In this document: positions 6,345 through 10,535 of the stretch, in pieces
How the letters are laid out: every line of letters begins with the position of its first letter
How positions within the stretch are numbered: position 1 is the stretch's first letter
NCBI GenBank assembly: GCA_033764315.1
Contig: JANRJA010000207.1
Coordinates: 1-10,535, forward strand
Source: Oculatellaceae cyanobacterium bins.114
Lineage (GTDB): Bacteria; Cyanobacteriota; Cyanobacteriia; Elainellales; Elainellaceae
Length of the DNA: 10,535 bases
Direction of reading: 5' to 3'
Notes under the pieces: generated by a model
Told to the model about the DNA's origin: nothing
The model's input: the letters and a program-made list of their open reading frames with translations, nothing else
Databases searched by the model: none
Position numbers and translations under genes: made by a program

Positions 6345-7710
6345 ACGAACTCGCTTGCAACTGGCGGGATGGTATGCGGTTGTCATGGGGTTGATCCTGA
6401 GTCTGGGTGGGTTGACGATTTATCAGGTCATTATTCGGGCTTATTCAGTTTCGATCGACCGGGAGCTAGAGGCAGTGACTGAAACCTTACATAACGGGAT
6501 CGAACTGAATTTGAAGCAACCCGGTCAATTAGAGCCCATTATTCAAAAGCTAGTTCCCGATGTTTGCGTAGTCGGAAAACCTTGTCTCAACAAAACGTTC
6601 TCCACCCATAACCACAACTCGTCTAATCAACATCACTCGATCAATACAATCCGTCAGAGTGACTACTACATTCAGTTTCTAGACAATTCGGGAAGCATCG
6701 TCGCTACGGCTGGGCTGCGTCCAGATGTACCTCTAACAAATGGTTCCGATACCTGGCAAACCGTTGTGGATTCGGAGGGAAATCGCTTTCATCAGAAGTC
6801 GTTGCCATTGCACACCCTCGACAATCAACTGTGGGGGTATCTCCAGGTTGGACGATCGCTGAAAGATTTGGACAGTCGTCTTGCTTCGTTGAAGTTAGCC
6901 TTCTTCATCGGGTTGCCCGTGATCACAACTTTAGTCGCTGTTTCCAGTTGGTTTTTGGCAGGAATTGCCATGCGCCCTATCTACCGCTCCTACCAGCAGA
7001 TGCAACGGTTTACAACCGATGCCGCACACGAATTACGCACACCGTTAGCCGCGATTCTGGCAACGGTTGATTCAGTTTCAAGGTTGCCCAGTTTAACAGA
7101 GCTAGAAACACGGGATACGCTGAAAACGATTGAACGCCAGCTCAACCGTTTTTTTGAGCTTGTTAAAGATTTATTTTTGCTAGCCCGATTGGAGCAACAC
7201 ACGCTGGCAATTCAGAGGGAATCAGTTTGCTTAAATGACTTAATCCATGATTTAGTTGAAGAGTTTGCAGCCTTTGCCGACGCGAATGGATTAACCCTAG
7301 CAGCAGAGATTCAAGTTGCTAAGGAATTGCATATTCTGGCAGACGAAGACCAGGTTTATCGCTTGATTTCAAACCTGGTTGTGAATTCAATTCAGTATAC
7401 GTCTACAGGTGGTGCTGTGACGCTGGTTCTCAATCGGGACGAAGGTCATGCTGTGATTCAAGTTCGAGATACCGGCATGGGAATTGCCCCTGAAGAGCAA
7501 GTACACATTTTTGATCGGTTTTATCGAGTGAACCGCGATCGCTCCCGTCAAACGGGTGGATCGGGATTGGGTTTGGCAATTGCTAAAGCGATCACTGAAG
7601 CTCATGAGGGAAATTTACAGGTACAGAGCGAAGTTGATCGAGGCAGCACCTTTACAGTGCGTTTACCCTTGAAATCACGTCCGATTAATAATCATGCAAC
7701 CGTTATCTAA
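6325..7710 (+). CDS. rppB: sensor histidine kinase, RppB/NrsS/CopS type
   Basis: ATG 6325 (overlapping the rppA end by 20 nt) gives the typical LF..TR..LAGWY..VMG.IL start. Two TM helices, H-box FTTDAAHELRTPL, N-box NLVVNSIQY, DTGMGI, FDRFYRV, GGSGLGLAI. Confidence 0.92.
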   Translation: MQTRLFRRTRLQLAGWYAVVMGLILSLGGLTIYQVIIRAYSVSIDRELEAVTETLHNGIELNLKQPGQLEPIIQKLVPDVCVVGKPCLNKTFSTHNHNSSNQHHSINTIRQSDYYIQFLDNSGSIVATAGLRPDVPLTNGSDTWQTVVDSEGNRFHQKSLPLHTLDNQLWGYLQVGRSLKDLDSRLASLKLAFFIGLPVITTLVAVSSWFLAGIAMRPIYRSYQQMQRFTTDAAHELRTPLAAILATVDSVSRLPSLTELETRDTLKTIERQLNRFFELVKDLFLLARLEQHTLAIQRESVCLNDLIHDLVEEFAAFADANGLTLAAEIQVAKELHILADEDQVYRLISNLVVNSIQYTSTGGAVTLVLNRDEGHAVIQVRDTGMGIAPEEQVHIFDRFYRVNRDRSRQTGGSGLGLAIAKAITEAHEGNLQVQSEVDRGSTFTVRLPLKSRPINNHATVI

Positions 7711-7753
7711 ATCAATTTTTTGTCCAATTTAGTTTCTGAATAAGTATCAAATC

Positions 7754-8542
7754 ATGAAATTTATTCATCAAATTAGCACTCAATTTCAACTCATACTAGG
7801 ACTTAGCGGAGCAATTTTTGTTGCATTATCGAACCCCTCATTTGCCCTCACTGTTCAACCGAAGGCAGTTGATTTCGCAAAACAGGCGTTGGAGACATTC
7901 AAGCGTGGAGATGTGAAGGGTGCGATCTCTGGCTACACTCAAGCGATTCAAGCCGATCCTGACTTCACGAACGCCTACATTGAACGAGGAATTGCCTATC
8001 ATGACATAGGAGATCTGAGTCGAGCTATTGCAGACCTTGACCGAGCGATTCAGCTCGAACCAAACAACGCATTAGCCATCTACAATCGGGGAGAAATCTA
8101 CTCTGATTTGAACAAGTTGCCCCAGGCACTTGCAGATTTGAACAAAGCTCTAGAGTTGAAACCGGGCTATCCAGAAGCCTTCAACAATCGAGGTGTGGTA
8201 TATGCCAAGATGGGCAAGTTCCAAACTGCTTTGAAAGACATTGAGCGTGCCATTGCGCTCAAACCAAACTATGTTTTTGCCTACAATAATCGGGCATTAG
8301 TACGAACCGCGTTAGAGGATGTTGAAGGTGCAATCGCTGACTACACAGAAGCCATTCGCCTTAATCCAAAATTGGCAGAGTCTTACCTGAATCGAGGCAG
8401 ATTACATTTAACGACTGGAAATCGGCAGGCGGCACTGAATGATTGGCAACAGGCGGCTCAACTGTTTGCCGAACGAGGCGATCACACCCGCCATCAGCAA
8501 GTGCAGGGTGCGATTCAACAACTTCAACAAGTTAGCAAATAA
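7754..8542 (+). CDS. secreted tetratricopeptide repeat protein (about 6 TPRs)
   Basis: Signal peptide ending SFA; consecutive 34-aa repeats (AYIERG.AY...GD...AIAD...AIQL.P); C-terminal AL.DWQQAAQLF capping helix; 43 nt after rppB, so likely co-transcribed. Confidence 0.92.
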   Translation: MKFIHQISTQFQLILGLSGAIFVALSNPSFALTVQPKAVDFAKQALETFKRGDVKGAISGYTQAIQADPDFTNAYIERGIAYHDIGDLSRAIADLDRAIQLEPNNALAIYNRGEIYSDLNKLPQALADLNKALELKPGYPEAFNNRGVVYAKMGKFQTALKDIERAIALKPNYVFAYNNRALVRTALEDVEGAIADYTEAIRLNPKLAESYLNRGRLHLTTGNRQAALNDWQQAAQLFAERGDHTRHQQVQGAIQQLQQVSK

Positions 8543-8764
8543 TAAAATCTTTAATGCAACGACGGCATACCTATTCTTGAGCAATGACATGAGCAATGGC
8601 AATTAAATACTCTGTCAAATTATTAAATCGTAAGGAAAAGCCATCTGACATTTGACAAACTTCGTGAACGCATTGTCGAGGCGATCTCAATCTTTGTCAT
8701 ACTTGTCTCCTTGATTGATAAGCTTTGGTTCAGATGGGAACTATCTACTTTGACTTCTACTAAA

Positions 8765-9091
8765 ATGCGATCGCTCCTTTTCTTTTGTATGGCGGCATTC
8801 GGTGAAATTTCTGGCTGTTATGCCTTCTGGGCATGGCTCCGACTGGGCAAAAGCATGCTCTGGGTGCTGCCGGGATTAGTCGCTCTCACCCTCTTTGCAG
8901 TTGCCCTCGCCCAAATTGAAACTTCCAATGCCGGAAGAGCTTTTGCTGCCTATGGCGGGATTTATATTCTCTTGTCACTTGGGTGGTTGTGGACGGTTGA
9001 AGGAGTCAAGCCAGATCGCTGGGATTTATTAGGTGTAGCGGTTTGCCTGATTGGTACAGTGATTATTATGCTAGCTCCCCACAGGCTCTAA
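8765..9091 (+). CDS. ynfA: YnfA/UPF0060 family small membrane protein (108 aa)
   Basis: [44 protein letters not shown] 8765 gives the family-typical length. Confidence 0.93.
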   Translation: MRSLLFFCMAAFGEISGCYAFWAWLRLGKSMLWVLPGLVALTLFAVALAQIETSNAGRAFAAYGGIYILLSLGWLWTVEGVKPDRWDLLGVAVCLIGTVIIMLAPHRL

Positions 9092-9469
9092 ATGGGCTGC
9101 CACTTCTTGGTACAGATTCATCACATGGTTATCGGCTAAACTATAATACACATTCCGTCCCTCCTTGCGGTACTTCACCAACCGCATAGCTCGGAGAATC
9201 CGAAGCTGGTGCGACACAGCTGATTCACCGATCTTTAAACCTGCTGCTAAGTCGCACACGCACAACTCCTGACGTGCCAAAGCTGAGAGTATCCGCAGTC
9301 GGGTTGGGTCTGCCAGGACACCAAAAAATTCTGCCATCCGTTGCGCTTCAGGTATTGGCAGGATTTCTGGTTGCACCTGACGGACTGTTTCTAGGTGGAT
9401 GAGACGGGTTTCACAACCCGGTGCATCCGGCTCTTGGATGAGTGGGATTGAATCTTTGCGGTTAGGCAT
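9071..9469 (-). CDS. ziaR: ArsR/SmtB-family metal-sensing repressor, ZiaR-like (132 aa)
   Basis: C.....H in the N-arm, [58 protein letters not shown]; divergent from a Zn-type P1B ATPase. Likely ATG at 9469. Confidence 0.92.
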   Translation of the reverse strand: MPNRKDSIPLIQEPDAPGCETRLIHLETVRQVQPEILPIPEAQRMAEFFGVLADPTRLRILSALARQELCVCDLAAGLKIGESAVSHQLRILRAMRLVKYRKEGRNVYYSLADNHVMNLYQEVAAHLEPVGS

Positions 9470-9548
9470 AGAAAGAACTTGGTGTGACAACTGTAAATAA
9501 GATGGCTTCGCTTAAGCCCCAGTATAGAGCTAAGAATGGTTATCGTTC

Positions 9549-9574
9549 TATATATGAATATACTTTCAGATATT
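9549..9574. promoter_or_regulatory. SmtB/ZiaR-type 12-2-12 imperfect inverted-repeat operator
   Basis: TATATATGAATA-TA-CTTTCAGATATT, 8/12 positions complementary, TGAA-N6-TTCA core; lies between divergent ziaR and ziaA. Confidence 0.85.
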
Positions 9575-9630
9575 GAAGGTTTTGCTCTACAATTTTTGAA
9601 TAACGCTTTAACCTGATTTGGCTACCCGCT

Positions 9631-10535
9631 ATGACTCAAACTCCCTCGCTTAAAACTCAACAGATGCAAGTGGGTGGTATGGACTGCTCTAGTTGCGCGA
9701 TGAAGATTGAAGGCAGCGTGGAGAAATTGCCAGGGATTGCTGAGGTGTCGGTCAACGTGGCAACGGGACGTATGGTGGTGTCCTACGATCCGCAGGAAGT
9801 CAGCGAGGTGGAAATTCAAAATCGGGTGACGCGATTGGGCTACACGGTTGCGATCAAGCAGTCGCGGACACCCACTTCATCTCATACTGACGACGGTCAC
9901 GATCAAGATGACGGACACGATCACAATCACAGTCATGGCACTGGTGAATTTAATCTGAAAAAAGAGCTGCCTGCGGTGGTACTCGCGGTCTCGTTATTTG
10001 CAATCGGCATCATTTTTGAAGAACCGTTGCACAACACGCCTTATAACATTGGTGAGTTTGCCGTATTTATCCCAGCTTACCTGCTCAGTGGTTGGTCAGT
10101 GTTAAAAACGGCTGGACGCAATATTCTGAGAGGGCAGATTTTTGATGAAAACTTTCTGATGACGATCGCCACATTGGGAGCCTTTGCCATTCACCAACTC
10201 CCAGAAGCGGTTGCCGTGATGCTGTTTTTCAAGGTGGGTGAGTTGTTTCAAGAGTATTCTGTCGGGCGATCGCGGCGATCAATTAAGGCGTTGTTGGAAG
10301 TGCGTCCTGATAGTGCCACCTTGAAAGTGAATGGAACGGTGAAACAAGTTAAGCCTGAAACGGTCAATGTGGGCGATCAGATTCTGGTGAAGCCAGGAGA
10401 GAAAGTGCCTTTAGACGGCGAAATTCTGGAGGGCAACTCTCAAGTCGATACCTCTGCCTTAACAGGTGAATCGGTTCCTCGCATCGTCAACGTTGGAGAT
10501 CCAATTTTGGCAGGCATGATTAACAAGTCGGGCGC
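9631..10535 (+). CDS. ziaA: Zn/Cd-exporting P1B-type ATPase, ZiaA-like (3' end outside window; absent from ORF track)
   Basis: Hand translation from ATG 9631: MTQTPSLKTQQMQVGGMDCSSCAMKIE (HMA GMDCxxC), His/Asp-rich linker, FDENFLMTIATLGA, EAVAVMLFFKVGELFQ, VKPGEKVPLDG, DTSALTGES; open to the window end. Confidence 0.95.
   Translation, partial: MTQTPSLKTQQMQVGGMDCSSCAMKIEGSVEKLPGIAEVSVNVATGRMVVSYDPQEVSEVEIQNRVTRLGYTVAIKQSRTPTSSHTDDGHDQDDGHDHNHSHGTGEFNLKKELPAVVLAVSLFAIGIIFEEPLHNTPYNIGEFAVFIPAYLLSGWSVLKTAGRNILRGQIFDENFLMTIATLGAFAIHQLPEAVAVMLFFKVGELFQEYSVGRSRRSIKALLEVRPDSATLKVNGTVKQVKPETVNVGDQILVKPGEKVPLDGEILEGNSQVDTSALTGESVPRIVNVGDPILAGMINKSG

Larger units (their letters stand above)
199..10273. 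repeat. dispersed HIP1 octamers (GCGATCGC)
   Basis: Perfect copies start at 199, 934, 1108, 1904, 3640, 7535, 8767 and 10266; a cyanobacterial genome signature. Confidence 0.9.

Noticed and set aside
8578..8657. TGAGCAATG direct repeat (12-nt period) and TGTCAAAT/ATTTGACA inverted repeat upstream of ynfA
   Set aside because: Short, single occurrence, long loop and no recognisable regulator consensus; could be chance in AT-rich DNA.
20..9819. Overlapping or antisense ORFs in the track (e.g. 2598-3032 -, 895-1185 -, 5599-5880 -, 9622-9819 -)
   Set aside because: They are shadows of well-supported genes, with no recognisable motifs or translation signals.

Overview
Cyanobacterial DNA (at least 8 perfect HIP1 GCGATCGC octamers, RppA/RppB, PxcA-like and ZiaR/ZiaA genes) forming a metal/envelope-stress island. 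On the + strand: a 5'-truncated TolC-family outer membrane protein, a small membrane protein, an M23 peptidase, a short CemA/PxcA paralog, two small Cys-containing secreted proteins, a DUF2808-like protein, an RppA/RppB (NrsR/NrsS, CopR/CopS-like) two-component system, a secreted TPR protein and ynfA. These are followed by the divergent ziaR/ziaA zinc-efflux pair; ziaA runs off the window and is missing from the ORF track. The main hidden signal is one promoter architecture repeated five times in intergenic gaps, TTTCAY-N5-TTTCAT-N10-(C/G)AnnCT. It lies upstream of the M23 gene, the pxcA-like gene, both small secreted-protein units and the regulator itself. This points to an autoregulated local regulon whose outputs are envelope remodelling, proton handling and uncharacterised secreted mini-proteins rather than the classical metal pumps. 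The M23 protein also carries a His-to-Asn change in its HxH motif and a 192-nt tandem duplication.
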